DNA of 64,000 bases, from the NCBI GenBank assembly GCA_963748215.1, contig CAVVHS010000007.1:224001-288000 (forward strand). Direction: 5' to 3'. Source of the DNA: an uncultured Gammaproteobacteria bacterium (GTDB taxonomy: Bacteria; Pseudomonadota; Gammaproteobacteria; UBA9214). This document shows positions 51,082-61,282 of this stretch, piece after piece; positions within the stretch are counted from its first letter, which is position 1; each line of letters starts with the position of its first letter. Position numbers and translations under genes: made by a program. The notes under the pieces are model-generated. The model did not search any database. It saw only the letters and a program-made list of their open reading frames with translations, and was not told the origin of the DNA.

Positions 51082-52725
51082 ATGAAGCGGCACGGCCACA
51101 CACAGCCGGCTGTCCTGCGCCCGGTGCTCGACTATCACGAGGCCACCAAGCACCGCTTCGAGGGCTTTGCCCCGGGGCCGGGCTTTCTCGATTGGGCGAC
51201 GCAGCCGGACCCGTTCCGGCGTTATGCGGGCGCGCGGCTGATCGCGCTGGAGCAGGTCGCGCCGACGGATACACCGTGCTACGACGCAATCTTCACGTCG
51301 GGCCGGCAGCCGGCACCGCAACCGGTGAACCTGCATAGCCTCTCACAGCTTTGCTACGACAGCCTGGCGCTGTCCGCCTGGAAGCGCGCCGGTGCCAGCC
51401 GCTGGGCGCTGCGCGTGAATGCCTCCAGCGGCAACCTGCACCCGACCGAGGGCTACCTGGTGTGCGGGCCGGTCGCGGGGCTGTGTGAGCGGCCCATGGT
51501 CTGCCACTATGCACCGCGGGAACACGCCCTGGAAGTACGGGCCGAATTCGATGCCGGGCTCTGGGAGCGGCTGTGCGCCGGCTTTCCCGCGGGTACGTTT
51601 TTCATCGCCCTGACCTCGATTCACTGGCGCGAGGCCTGGAAATACGGCCTGCGGGCATACCGCTATTGCATGCACGATGCGGGGCATGCGCTGGGTGCGC
51701 TGGGCATTGCGGCCGCCGGGCTGGGCTGGCAGGCGCGGCTGCTCGATGACATCGGGACGGAGGCGCTGGGCGTGCTGCTCGGGACTTCGCAGCCGCATGA
51801 TGCCGAAGCCGAGGAGCCGGACCTGCTGGTGGCATGCATGCCGGTGGCATCCATGCCGGCGCTGCCGGCATTGCCCGCCGGGCTGTTGCAGTCCTTTGGG
51901 TCACTCGACTGGCAGGGGCAGCCGAATCGACTGAGTCCGTCGCACGTGGCCTGGGGTATCGAGGCGTTTGCCGCGCAGGTACGCAAGCCGCACGGTGCGT
52001 GTGTCTGCGAGACCTTCGCCATGCCGCCGCAGTCGTTTGACCCACCGCTGCGTGCGGTTGCACTGCGCCGGATGATCCGCCAGCGACGCAGTGCCGTGGC
52101 CATGGACGGGGAGACGCGCATTGCGCGTGAAGCCTTCTACCGCATACTGGACCGGACGCTGGCCGTGCCCGCCGCGGTGCCGTTCGGCATGCTGCCCTGG
52201 AAGTCGCAGCTGCACCTGGCGCTGCTGGTGCACCGCGTGGACGATATCCCGCCGGGACTGTACCTGCTGGTGCGCGACCCGGCACAGACGGAAACGCTGC
52301 GGGCGGCTCTCACCCAGGCGGATCCGTGGCAGAAGCCGCCGGGTTGTCCGGAGACGCTGCCGCTGTATTGCCTGATCGAGTCGGATACCCGCAACGCGGC
52401 GCGGGAGATTTCCTGCCAGCAGGATATTGCCAGCGACGGCTGCTTCAGCCTGGCCATGCTGGCCGAATTCAGGGCGCCACTCGAACGCTACGGTCCCTGG
52501 TTCTATCCGCGCCTCTACTGGGAGGCCGGCATGCTCGGCCAGCTGCTCTACCTGGAGGCGGAGGCGGCCGGTATCAGTGCCACGGGCATCGGCTGTTACT
52601 TCGACGACCCGATGCACGAGGTGCTGGGTCTGCAGGACCGCCGGTTCCAGGATCTGTATCACTTCACGGTGGGTGGCGCGGTGGAGGATGCCCGGCTGAT
52701 GACAGAGCCGGCGTATGGCGGGTAG
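51082..52725 (+). CDS. Two-domain SagB/ThcOx-like nitroreductase
   Basis: YHEATKH, LDWATQPDPFR, LRVN.SSGNLHPTE, REAWKYG.RAYRYC.HD.GH, RRSA and GIGCYFDD. Confidence 0.85.
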   Translation: MKRHGHTQPAVLRPVLDYHEATKHRFEGFAPGPGFLDWATQPDPFRRYAGARLIALEQVAPTDTPCYDAIFTSGRQPAPQPVNLHSLSQLCYDSLALSAWKRAGASRWALRVNASSGNLHPTEGYLVCGPVAGLCERPMVCHYAPREHALEVRAEFDAGLWERLCAGFPAGTFFIALTSIHWREAWKYGLRAYRYCMHDAGHALGALGIAAAGLGWQARLLDDIGTEALGVLLGTSQPHDAEAEEPDLLVACMPVASMPALPALPAGLLQSFGSLDWQGQPNRLSPSHVAWGIEAFAAQVRKPHGACVCETFAMPPQSFDPPLRAVALRRMIRQRRSAVAMDGETRIAREAFYRILDRTLAVPAAVPFGMLPWKSQLHLALLVHRVDDIPPGLYLLVRDPAQTETLRAALTQADPWQKPPGCPETLPLYCLIESDTRNAAREISCQQDIASDGCFSLAMLAEFRAPLERYGPWFYPRLYWEAGMLGQLLYLEAEAAGISATGIGCYFDDPMHEVLGLQDRRFQDLYHFTVGGAVEDARLMTEPAYGG

Positions 52726-52818
52726 GCGCAGACCTTGTCCGCGATTTTTTTTATAATTCCCGCCGCGCTAGGGAAGCGTTCCTGCGGAAAAACAATCGCG
52801 CTTGAGAAGCGCTCCTAC

Positions 52819-53007
52819 TCAGGTAATCACCGGGTCGAAGCGTTTACCCTTCGGCACGAAGACCACGCTGACGCTCAGGTCGTGCGGGCTGTAGATAGTC
52901 GTGCGCAGCAGGATGCCGCGGCCCTTGATCACGGCCTGCTCGGTCATGGTGCGGATCTTGGTCGTGTCGTCGTAGTGATCCTCGATTTCTTCGTATTTGA
53001 GTTTCAT
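52819..53007 (-). CDS. Small hypothetical protein (62 aa)
   Basis: GGAGA RBS before ATG 53007; GC3-rich codon usage; MKLKYEEIEDHY...VVFVPKGKRFDPVIT. Confidence 0.6.
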   Translation of the reverse strand: MKLKYEEIEDHYDDTTKIRTMTEQAVIKGRGILLRTTIYSPHDLSVSVVFVPKGKRFDPVIT

Positions 53008-53163
53008 GGTTCTTCTCCGGTAAGGGAAGGGTGCGTCAGGTTCAGGCCCGCTGGTACGTTGATCCACGTTACACTGGCGGCCCGGTGCCGGCAAGTGCGG
53101 GCCAGCGCAGGCCGGTGTGAATCGGCCGGCGGGCCGCTGCGCTTGCCTTATACTGGGTCGGGC

Positions 53164-54030
53164 ATGGTCATCCGAATCCTCATTCTGCTTGCTTTTCTTG
53201 CGGTGTGTTCAGGCAGCCCCGCCGCCGGTCCGGAGGATGGTGTTATGGAACTGGAGCAGAGTGTCTGCGGGCTGAAAGAGCCGATCCTGTTCTGGCTGTG
53301 GAGCAGGGCGGCCGGCAGTGCTGATGCCGGCCGGGTGTCCGGCTTGCGTCATGTCGACGACATTGCCTTCGAGACCAGGGATCACCGCACCTTGCGTGGC
53401 TACCGGCTGCGGGCGGTCGGGCCGGACGGGCAGCTGGCCGCAGCGCGGGGTTACCTGCTGGTCATGCAGGGCAATGCGATCCTGGCGGATCAGATCATCG
53501 GGCAGTTCATGCCGTATGCGAGCGCCGGGTTCGATGTCTATGTCTACGATTTTCGCGGTTATGGCCGCTCCGACGGCAGGCGTCGGCTCAAGGCCATTGT
53601 CAGTGACTACACGGAGATCCTCGCCGCGCTCGATGCGCAGGCCTATGGCCAACATCTGGTCTATGCCATGTCGTTCGGTGGTATTGCGTTGCTGGATGGC
53701 TTCGCGGCGCACGGCAGGCTGGACCGCGTGGTCGTGGATTCCACGCCGAGCCGGTTGTCCGGTCACGGTTGTCCGCCGGACTACGATCCCGTCATTCACC
53801 TGCCGGAAGACTGCAGCCGGTTCCTGATGATCACAGGGCAGAATGACAGTGTGGTCACACCGGCCATGTCGCATGAACTGGTCGAGGCAGCGCGACAACG
53901 CGGTGCCCGGGTACTGAATGATCCGGCTTTCGGGCATCCCTTCATGGAACATGAGCCATTGGTGCATGAGCGGCGCATGCGAATGATCGAGGATTATCTG
54001 CTCGGCGGCACGGACACCGTGCTGCGCTGA
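53164..54030 (+). CDS. Exported alpha/beta hydrolase
   Basis: Signal peptide; QGNA, DFRGYGRSDG, nucleophile elbow AMSFGG, D.VV and GHPF. Confidence 0.8.
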   Translation: MVIRILILLAFLAVCSGSPAAGPEDGVMELEQSVCGLKEPILFWLWSRAAGSADAGRVSGLRHVDDIAFETRDHRTLRGYRLRAVGPDGQLAAARGYLLVMQGNAILADQIIGQFMPYASAGFDVYVYDFRGYGRSDGRRRLKAIVSDYTEILAALDAQAYGQHLVYAMSFGGIALLDGFAAHGRLDRVVVDSTPSRLSGHGCPPDYDPVIHLPEDCSRFLMITGQNDSVVTPAMSHELVEAARQRGARVLNDPAFGHPFMEHEPLVHERRMRMIEDYLLGGTDTVLR

Positions 54031-54262
54031 CTGTCCGGGCGATCCAGCTCCGGACGCGGTGTCGCCGGTGCGCGGCGCAAACACCCGGTGGCGGGATGCG
54101 CGCCAGGCAGCCGTATTTTTTCGGGTGGCTAGTCCCGTGCTGTGTGGGTTATGCTCCTGCCTTTATTGTGTGCGCTGAAGCTCCCGCTGCAACACTGGCT
54201 GTCATTGCAATCAGGGCGCCGCCGGGGGGCAGCTTGCAGCACGAATATTCGCAGTAGTCATC

Positions 54263-54997
54263 ATGGTCATGAAAGCACGACCCGGCACAAATCAGCCTCT
54301 GCCCGACGGTGAACAGATCACGGACCCGACACGGGTGGCGCGACTGCTCGAACGGCTGGCGAAACAGCACTCGCTGCTCACGATCGTGATTCCCGGCCAC
54401 GAGGAGCACTTCACCAGCAGCATTGTCGAAGTGAAAGGGCCGCATGTCCTGATCGACGAGTTGCTGCCAAACAACGGCCACCAGTTGCTGCTGGCGGAGC
54501 GCAAGCTCCAGGTGACCGGTAAACTCGATGGAATCGAAATCCGGTTCAGCACTACCCTGGAACATGTGGATGACCAGGATGGCGTGATTACCTACCATGC
54601 CAATCTGCCCGGGCGACTCGAATACCGGCAACGCCGCCAGAATTACCGGGCGCATATCCCCATGGCGCGGCGGCTGCGAGTTATTGTCGACAGCCATGAC
54701 GGGACAGTATGCGAGGGGGAGCTGCATGATTTATCAATCGGTGGCACGGGAATCATTTTTACCGATGTCATGCCCGCCGTGGAACGCGGAGTGTTGCATG
54801 AATGCGCTGTCGAATTGCCCGATGGCGGCTGGCTGTATTGCACCGTCGAGTTGCGACACTTGATCACCATCCCGCCGCGTGACCGGCATCTGGTCGGCGC
54901 CCGGTTCGCCAGGCTCACCGTCGTTCAGGCACGGATAGTGGGCCAGTGTATTGGCGAGCTGGAACGGGAATCTATCAGGAAACGTGTGGCGGATTGA
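54263..54997 (+). CDS. ycgR: YcgR-like flagellar brake protein (PilZ domain)
   Basis: N-terminal YcgR-like domain; c-di-GMP motifs QRRQNYR (RxxxR) and DLSIGG (DxSxGG). Confidence 0.8.
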   Translation: MVMKARPGTNQPLPDGEQITDPTRVARLLERLAKQHSLLTIVIPGHEEHFTSSIVEVKGPHVLIDELLPNNGHQLLLAERKLQVTGKLDGIEIRFSTTLEHVDDQDGVITYHANLPGRLEYRQRRQNYRAHIPMARRLRVIVDSHDGTVCEGELHDLSIGGTGIIFTDVMPAVERGVLHECAVELPDGGWLYCTVELRHLITIPPRDRHLVGARFARLTVVQARIVGQCIGELERESIRKRVAD

Positions 54998-55111
54998 TGC
55001 AAGCGGCCGTGCAGGCAAGCGGGCGTCCGGACAAGACAGGCCCGGCGGGATCTGCCGGTGCCGATGGTCAGCGCTGCCTGCCGCGTTCGCAGCCAGGCAG
55101 GGATGTCGTTA

Positions 55112-55534
55112 TCAGGGTAATTGCGCGACGAACACCGGTGCGGACAGCGACTGCATGGCCAGCAGGTCGATGGACAACGTATCGATGTCGGCCCTGACGC
55201 GGGCAAGTTCATCACTGGCCTGTTGATGTCGGGCCTTTTTGTACCCGGCATAGAGCAGACCACCCGGCAGGATGGCCGTGATCAGGGCGTCGCTGCCGTC
55301 AAACTTGCTGTCAGCGACATGCTGAACCAGCTCATTCCTGTGTTGTATCAGCTGGCTGCGCAACGTCTCAATCGACTCGATGAGATCCTCGCGATCGACA
55401 TCCGGCAAGTCGAAGGCGCTCAGATCCGGAGCCGCTGCGGGTTGCGGCGCCTGGCCGGCGTGTGCGGACTGCAGCATGAATACAGCACCTAACAGTGCGC
55501 TCGAAATAAACAGTCTGTGCGTGATTTTTGTCAT
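55112..55534 (-). CDS. Exported hypothetical protein (coiled coil)
   Basis: Signal peptide, AILPGGLLYAGYK motif and GGGAG RBS. Confidence 0.65.
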   Translation of the reverse strand: MTKITHRLFISSALLGAVFMLQSAHAGQAPQPAAAPDLSAFDLPDVDREDLIESIETLRSQLIQHRNELVQHVADSKFDGSDALITAILPGGLLYAGYKKARHQQASDELARVRADIDTLSIDLLAMQSLSAPVFVAQLP

Positions 55535-55954
55535 GGGGCTCCCTGAGTCGTCTGGCCTTGTTCGGGTGGTGGCAGGATATTAGATAAATAATAACATGTT
55601 TTCATAGACTGCATTTATAGGCATTATTAATACAGTCATTGATTCGCGCGTGTCCACGCGAATGAAAAAAGCATGCAAATCGAAACGTGTTTCGTTTCGT
55701 TTTTGCATGCAGGAAATTTGCAATGAGCCTGCGGACGTCAAACGCTGTTGCGCCGGCCATGTAACGGTAGCGGGTTAACGGAGCGCTGTCGCGCGGCTGT
55801 ACTGGATGCACCGGCCTTGCATGAAGATGCAGTGCCCGGCAGCCTGGGTAGATCGGGCGTGCTGAAAATCAGTCATGCGCCAGCGTGGTGCCCGGTATGA
55901 GGGTGGCGGTAGCGCGGTTGGGAAACGCGGACAGACCCCGTTTTTATAATAACG

Positions 55955-56060
55955 AATGGCCACGGAATCACATGGAAAGCATGTAGGGTGCACTCTGTGC
56001 ACCAATGTGTGAGACGTGAAAGATAAATAATAGCCACGGAATCCACGGAAAACACGGAAA
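55955..56060. repeat. R6 and R2 repeat remnants
   Basis: GGCCACGGAATCACATGGAA, GTAGGGTGCACTCTGTGCACC and GCCACGGAATCCACGGAAAACACGGAA. Confidence 0.65.
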
Positions 56061-56168
56061 GAAAAAAACCAAATCCCATCATGCACATAACGCGCCGGGA
56101 CCTGTGGCGGATCTCATCCGCGATGAATTGCCCTGATTGACAACCGCGCTTGAGAAGTGATGCTATGG

Positions 56169-57482
56169 TCACCGCGGTGGCAGCAACTCCAGATAGCCAT
56201 CCGGTACCAGGCTGGTTGCCAGCATTACTGCATTGATGTCTTCATGTTCACGCCAGGTATCCATGCGCTGATGCGCGGGTTCACGCCAGAACGCCTCGAT
56301 GGCATTGCGCAACGGCAGGTATTCCATGAGCGTCTCGATGAGTACGCGCTCCTGTGCGGTGTATACATTGTGTGAAACGTCACGCGTGGCTGCATGGTGC
56401 AGGCGCTCCACGGCGTGCAAGCCGATGGCCAGGCCGAGCTCGCGAAAGGCGAGCCGGTATGCGGCAGGCCGGGTCAGCTCGTCACTCCGGGCATAGTGTC
56501 CGAGGCCGGCCAGCGCGGATTCCAGCAGCTGCTCGACGAGTTGCGCCTCGGGTGCCGCTCCCTGCTGCACGAGTTGCTGTACACGCCAGGCATCGACCAG
56601 CAGGCCACCGATACCGAGCGGATCAGCAGTGACCCACGTGCTCTGCTGCATCATGGTCGCGTAGGCGCGCGTCGCCTCGCCTGGGTCCGGCCCGCCTGCC
56701 GGCACCGGCAATGCGCTGGCCGTGGACGCCAGCTGCAGGTTACTGATGTAGCCATCCAGTGGATCGTGCTGCCCCATGGAAGGCACGAGCACGTGCTGCA
56801 GGTCGATGCTCAGCTTCCAGGCCATGCGGCGTGGTTCGCCTGCCGAGGTCGGGTAGCTGAAGGCGTCGAAGGCAGTCTGCGCCAGCTCACGTGCCCAGGC
56901 ATTGAAACGACTATCGTGCGTGGCGCGCGTGGTCTGGTCGAGCGCGTGCATCCATCGGGTCAGGTAGTGGAAATACTGGCCATCGCGCTCCCATTCCAGC
57001 TGCTCGTCGACGGGTTCATCCGGTCGTCGTTCCGGCAGCGGCTTGCCGATGCGCAAGCCGCCACGCGTGGGGTGTCGCGCGCCGTCTGCCTCGTTCAGGC
57101 CGCTGAGCCAGCCGGTACGACGGTCGTCGTCCCGATGCCTGCCCAGCGAGTGGTGGACCTGCCCGATCAGCGCCAACGCGTGCTGCGTGTAGTCCGGCAC
57201 TCCGGTCACGCGCGCCAGCCCCAGGTAATTGCAGACCGCGAAGGCGTCCGTCCACAGGTAGCGTCGCGCAGGCTGCGTGGATGTCAGCCCGGTGCGCGCG
57301 GCGAAGGCATTCATCAATGCGCTGGCTTCCTCGATGCGTGGATCGGGCATGGATGCGGTATCCGGTTGCGCGCCCGCCTGCGGCGGCGCAAGTGTCAACA
57401 GTACTGTCAGCAGGCAGTGACGCAGGCGTATTGCACATGGCGCTGGCCGGTGCGTGTCCCTGTGGCGATCCGGATAGGCCAT
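56169..57482 (-). CDS. Conserved hypothetical protein (RYLWTDAF...DGQYFHYLT.WM type)
   Basis: Long ORF with family-like motifs GLRIGK, HDPLDG, YRLAFRELGLAIGL and HEDIN.VMLAT; function not assignable. Confidence 0.75.
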   Translation of the reverse strand: MAYPDRHRDTHRPAPCAIRLRHCLLTVLLTLAPPQAGAQPDTASMPDPRIEEASALMNAFAARTGLTSTQPARRYLWTDAFAVCNYLGLARVTGVPDYTQHALALIGQVHHSLGRHRDDDRRTGWLSGLNEADGARHPTRGGLRIGKPLPERRPDEPVDEQLEWERDGQYFHYLTRWMHALDQTTRATHDSRFNAWARELAQTAFDAFSYPTSAGEPRRMAWKLSIDLQHVLVPSMGQHDPLDGYISNLQLASTASALPVPAGGPDPGEATRAYATMMQQSTWVTADPLGIGGLLVDAWRVQQLVQQGAAPEAQLVEQLLESALAGLGHYARSDELTRPAAYRLAFRELGLAIGLHAVERLHHAATRDVSHNVYTAQERVLIETLMEYLPLRNAIEAFWREPAHQRMDTWREHEDINAVMLATSLVPDGYLELLPPR

Positions 57483-57570
57483 TGTCGCGTAGAAAATTTC
57501 CATCCCCGGTGCCACAATTTTGTATCATAGCCCCGTTCAGCGCCTGAATACCTTCACGCAGGTCAAGCAG

Positions 57571-57882
57571 ATGCAGTATCGGGACTTCATGGACAGCCTG
57601 AAGCAGGATGCCTGTCCGGACGGACTGGAGCCCTGCCTGCGCGCACTGTGGTTGGACGCGCGCGACGACTGGGATACCGCCCACGGCATCGTCCAGGAAG
57701 CGGGTGGTGCGCTTGCCATGCGTATTCATGCCTACCTGCACCGCAAGGAGGGTGATGACTGGAACTCGCGTTACTGGCACCGCTGTGCCGGCTCGGAATT
57801 CCCGGCCGGTATGAGCCTGCAGGCGGAATGGGACATGCTGGTGCGTGAACTCGTCGACCAGGAAAGAAAAGGGCCGGAATGA
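57571..57882 (+). CDS. Conserved hypothetical protein
   Basis: WDTAH.IVQ...HAYLHRKEGD.WN..YW motif. Confidence 0.75.
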   Translation: MQYRDFMDSLKQDACPDGLEPCLRALWLDARDDWDTAHGIVQEAGGALAMRIHAYLHRKEGDDWNSRYWHRCAGSEFPAGMSLQAEWDMLVRELVDQERKGPE

Positions 57883-58505
57883 CAGCAATCGGGTTGATCA
57901 GTGATGTGCATGCGAGGGCCGCGCCGGTGCGCGAGGCGCTGGCTATTTTCGCGCGTGAAGGCGTGCAACAGGTGTTCTGTGCCGGCGATATCGCCGGTTA
58001 TCACCACGAACTGGCGGAGACCGTCGCGCTGTTGGCCGACAGTGGTGTGCAGGCGGTGTGCGGCAACCATGACCTGCATTACCCTGACAAGCCGGATACC
58101 GACGCCGATACCCTGGTCTACCTGGGGCGGCTGCCCGCGGTCATCGACACAGTCATCGAGGGTAAGCGCGTGTACATGGTGCATGCGGAACCGCCGGATG
58201 CCTGTATGGGCGGCGGCATCCGTCTGCTGGACAAGTCCGGGGCGGTACGCCGGGACCGGGCGGGGTACTGGACCCGGCAGCTGGCGGACTGTGGCTGCGA
58301 CGTGCTGGTGATCGGTCATACCCACCAGGTGTTCGCCGAACGGCTTGGCGCGACGCTGGTGGTGAATCCGGGCAGCACAACATTCAATCATTCCTGCGCC
58401 ATCCTGCGCCTGCCGGAGGCGAGCGTAGAGATTTTTCCACTCTCAGGCCGGTCCATTGAGCCATACTGGAGCTGGAGCGAGTACCTGCGCAGCAAGACGG
58501 ACTGA
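57879..58505 (+). CDS. Metallophosphoesterase (YfcE-like)
   Basis: ISDVH, AGD, GNHD, GHTH and NPGS. Confidence 0.9.
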   Translation: MTAIGLISDVHARAAPVREALAIFAREGVQQVFCAGDIAGYHHELAETVALLADSGVQAVCGNHDLHYPDKPDTDADTLVYLGRLPAVIDTVIEGKRVYMVHAEPPDACMGGGIRLLDKSGAVRRDRAGYWTRQLADCGCDVLVIGHTHQVFAERLGATLVVNPGSTTFNHSCAILRLPEASVEIFPLSGRSIEPYWSWSEYLRSKTD

Positions 58506-58687
58506 AGGTGCGGCCACCCGCTGCCAGTGCCAGGGGGGAGGGTGTGTCACACCGACCGGCCCGGGCAGGATCGATTGGCCTTTGTACAACGGCGCAGGAT
58601 ACCGTCATGCGCGTTGCGAGTGCAGGGTTTCTGCCGCAGCGGGCGAGGCGAGTGGCTGATACAGCTGCCTCGCCGGTGATGCGTTAG

Positions 58688-59872
58688 TCAGGGGCGGCGC
58701 CGCTGCCTGAGCTTCAGGGACATTAATTCCACCTGGCGCCAGAACCAGGCAAGTGCACGCAAATACCAGCTGCGCTGTACCCATTCTCCGACGTTGTATT
58801 CATGGCAGTTGGCGAAATCCTGCATGAACATGGCTGCCACGGTCTCAGCCGTCTCCGGGTCGTCGACCTCCTGGTTGGCTTCCAGGTTCCACTGCAGGTT
58901 CCAGCGATCGAAGTTGCAGGACCCGATGGTCAGCCAGTCATCGCATAGCACCGTCTTGGCGTGAAAGAAACGTGGCAGATATTCATATATGCGGACCCCG
59001 CTTTTCAGCAAGCGGCCGTAGTATCGGTGGCTGGCGTAGCGTGCCCCGGGGTGGTCGGTCACGGGTCCGGGGAGCAGCAGGCGCACATCGACACCGGCCC
59101 GGGCGGCACGCTTGAGTTTCCTGCGTAACTTCCAGGAGGGAATGAAATAGGCCGTGGCGAACCAGACCCGCTGCCTGGCGTGCTGGATGTGCCTGACCAG
59201 CGATCGCTGCACGCCCGTCCGGTGCCGGGCCTCGTTGATCGTGACCCTGCCGCGCTTGCTGGCTGCCAGGGGTGCCGGCTGCACCGCCGGCAAGGTCAGG
59301 GACCGTTCGGCAAAGCGGTTCCAGCTGTCCGTGAACAGTTCCTGCCAGTCGGCAAGCAGCGGCCCACGGATCACGATCATGGTCTCGCGCCAGCGCATGT
59401 CGGGGGCCGCGGGGGAATCGACCTCGTCAGTGATGCCGGTACCCCCGGTATAGGCTACGCTGCAGTCGACCAGCAGCAGCTTGCGATGATTGCGATACAG
59501 GCCGCCATATGTCTGATGCCAGATAATCCGGTACAGGTTGTACAGCGTGCTGCGCGAGTGAAGCGGGTTGTAAAAGACCAGTTCGATATTCCGGTGTGTC
59601 AGCAACTCACGGTCGCGCTCGTCCAGTTGTTGCGCGCCATAATCATCGAGCAGCAGGTACACACGCACCCCGCGTTCGGCTGCCGCCAGCAGGACCTTGA
59701 TGATGCGGCTGGCGACGGTGCCGGATGCGACCAGGTACATCTCCAGCAGGATGTAATGCCGGGCCGTGTCGATGGCGGCGAGCATGCGCGGCAGGAATGT
59801 CGTGCTGTCGACGAGAATCTCGAAACTGTTGCCGCCCCGCCAGGGAAAATTGTGATACCGGTGTCGGGCCAT
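58688..59872 (-). CDS. Phospholipase D family protein (cardiolipin synthase ClsB-like)
   Basis: Two HKD motifs: NHRKLLLVD and FHAKTVLCD. Confidence 0.9.
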   Translation of the reverse strand: MARHRYHNFPWRGGNSFEILVDSTTFLPRMLAAIDTARHYILLEMYLVASGTVASRIIKVLLAAAERGVRVYLLLDDYGAQQLDERDRELLTHRNIELVFYNPLHSRSTLYNLYRIIWHQTYGGLYRNHRKLLLVDCSVAYTGGTGITDEVDSPAAPDMRWRETMIVIRGPLLADWQELFTDSWNRFAERSLTLPAVQPAPLAASKRGRVTINEARHRTGVQRSLVRHIQHARQRVWFATAYFIPSWKLRRKLKRAARAGVDVRLLLPGPVTDHPGARYASHRYYGRLLKSGVRIYEYLPRFFHAKTVLCDDWLTIGSCNFDRWNLQWNLEANQEVDDPETAETVAAMFMQDFANCHEYNVGEWVQRSWYLRALAWFWRQVELMSLKLRQRRRP

Positions 59873-59983
59873 GTCAGGGTCGCGAAGAATAAGGTTCAGA
59901 GCACTATTTCGGCTACTATACCTGCAACTGTGTTCCGATTCCGTTGCGTGGTATAGCTCCTACGATACGCCAGGTCACTGCCT

Positions 59984-61027
59984 ATGAAAGCCATGGTCAT
60001 CAACCGGATTGTCTCGTTGCGCGAGGACGCGGCGCCGTTGCAGCTGGTCGATCTGCCCGATCCGGAGCCGGCGGCGGGTGAAGTGCGCATCCGCGTGGCC
60101 GCCTGCGGGGTATGTCACACGGAGCTGGACGAGATCGAGGGCCGCACCGCACCACCACGGCTGCCTGTGGTACCCGGTCACGAGGTGATCGGCCGGGTCG
60201 ACCGCTGCGGCGCCGGCGCCACGCGCTTTGCGCCGGGCGACCGCGTCGGGGTCGGCTGGATCCATCATTCCTCGGGGGGCAGTGAGGAGAACCTGAGTCC
60301 CGGGTTCGTCGCGACCGGGCGTGACTGCAATGGCGGCTATGCCGAGTACCTCACCGTGCCGGAGGCCTATGCCTGCCCGATACCGGACGTGTTTTCCGAT
60401 GCCGAGGCCGCGCCGCTGCTGTGTGCCGGCAGCGTGGGCTACCGGTCCCTGAAGCTCGCCGGGCTGGTGAACGGGGAGACGCTGGGCCTGACCGGGTTCG
60501 GCGGTTCGGCGCACATCGTGCTGCAGCTGGCGCGGCACCTGTATCCGGCATCGAAGGTGTACGTGTTCGCGCGCGATGCCGCGGCGCGTGATTTTGCGCT
60601 GGAGCTGGGCGCGGCGTGGGCCGGCGCGACCGAGGCGCGTGCACCGCAGCCACTGCAGGCCATTATCGACACCACGCCGGCGTGGAAGCCGGTGGTGGAG
60701 GCGCTTGCCAACCTGCGCCCGGGCGGCCGCCTGGTCATCAATGCCATCCGCAAGGAAGCCGGCGACCAGGATTATCTGCTGCGGCTGCGCTACCACGAGC
60801 ACCTGTGGATGGAGAAGGAGATCAAGTCGGTGGCGAATGTCACACACCAGGATATCGCCGAATTTCTGCCGATCGCCGCGCGCATTCCAATCCACCCCGT
60901 GGTGCAGACCTATCCGCTGGAGGAGGCCAATCGTGCGCTGTGCGAGCTGAAGCGGGGACCGGTACGTGGTGCAAAGGTGTTGTTGATGGCGCGGGGCGGT
61001 GCGACATCCGCGGACAGGGAGGTTTGA
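59984..61027 (+). CDS. Zinc-dependent alcohol dehydrogenase family protein
   Basis: CGVCHTELD, GHEVIG, GDRVGVGW, APLLCAG and GFGGSAH. Confidence 0.9.
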   Translation: MKAMVINRIVSLREDAAPLQLVDLPDPEPAAGEVRIRVAACGVCHTELDEIEGRTAPPRLPVVPGHEVIGRVDRCGAGATRFAPGDRVGVGWIHHSSGGSEENLSPGFVATGRDCNGGYAEYLTVPEAYACPIPDVFSDAEAAPLLCAGSVGYRSLKLAGLVNGETLGLTGFGGSAHIVLQLARHLYPASKVYVFARDAAARDFALELGAAWAGATEARAPQPLQAIIDTTPAWKPVVEALANLRPGGRLVINAIRKEAGDQDYLLRLRYHEHLWMEKEIKSVANVTHQDIAEFLPIAARIPIHPVVQTYPLEEANRALCELKRGPVRGAKVLLMARGGATSADREV

Positions 61028-61282
61028 CCGCTCGCAGGGAGATTGCCGCAGCCCGTGTCTCCGCATGCCCTGCCGTGACACCGGCAATGCATCACGCTGA
61101 AGTCAGCGCCGCCACTCGCGCCCGGGTGTGCTATCGACACCCCGCGGTGGCCTGGTGGCACACGGTTCCCGGGTTCTCTGCCGCTGCGTGGAGTACGACG
61201 CGGTTCTGGATACCCGGCTGACTACCCCGCACCCTCGAAGACAGAGCAGCGCAACCGTGCATTGGCATGCGTTCGACACGAT

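Noticed and set aside
47247-52725. RiPP (azole) biosynthetic cluster suggested by two SagB-type genes
   Set aside because: No YcaO, E1-like protein or precursor peptide; stand-alone SagB-like nitroreductases are common.
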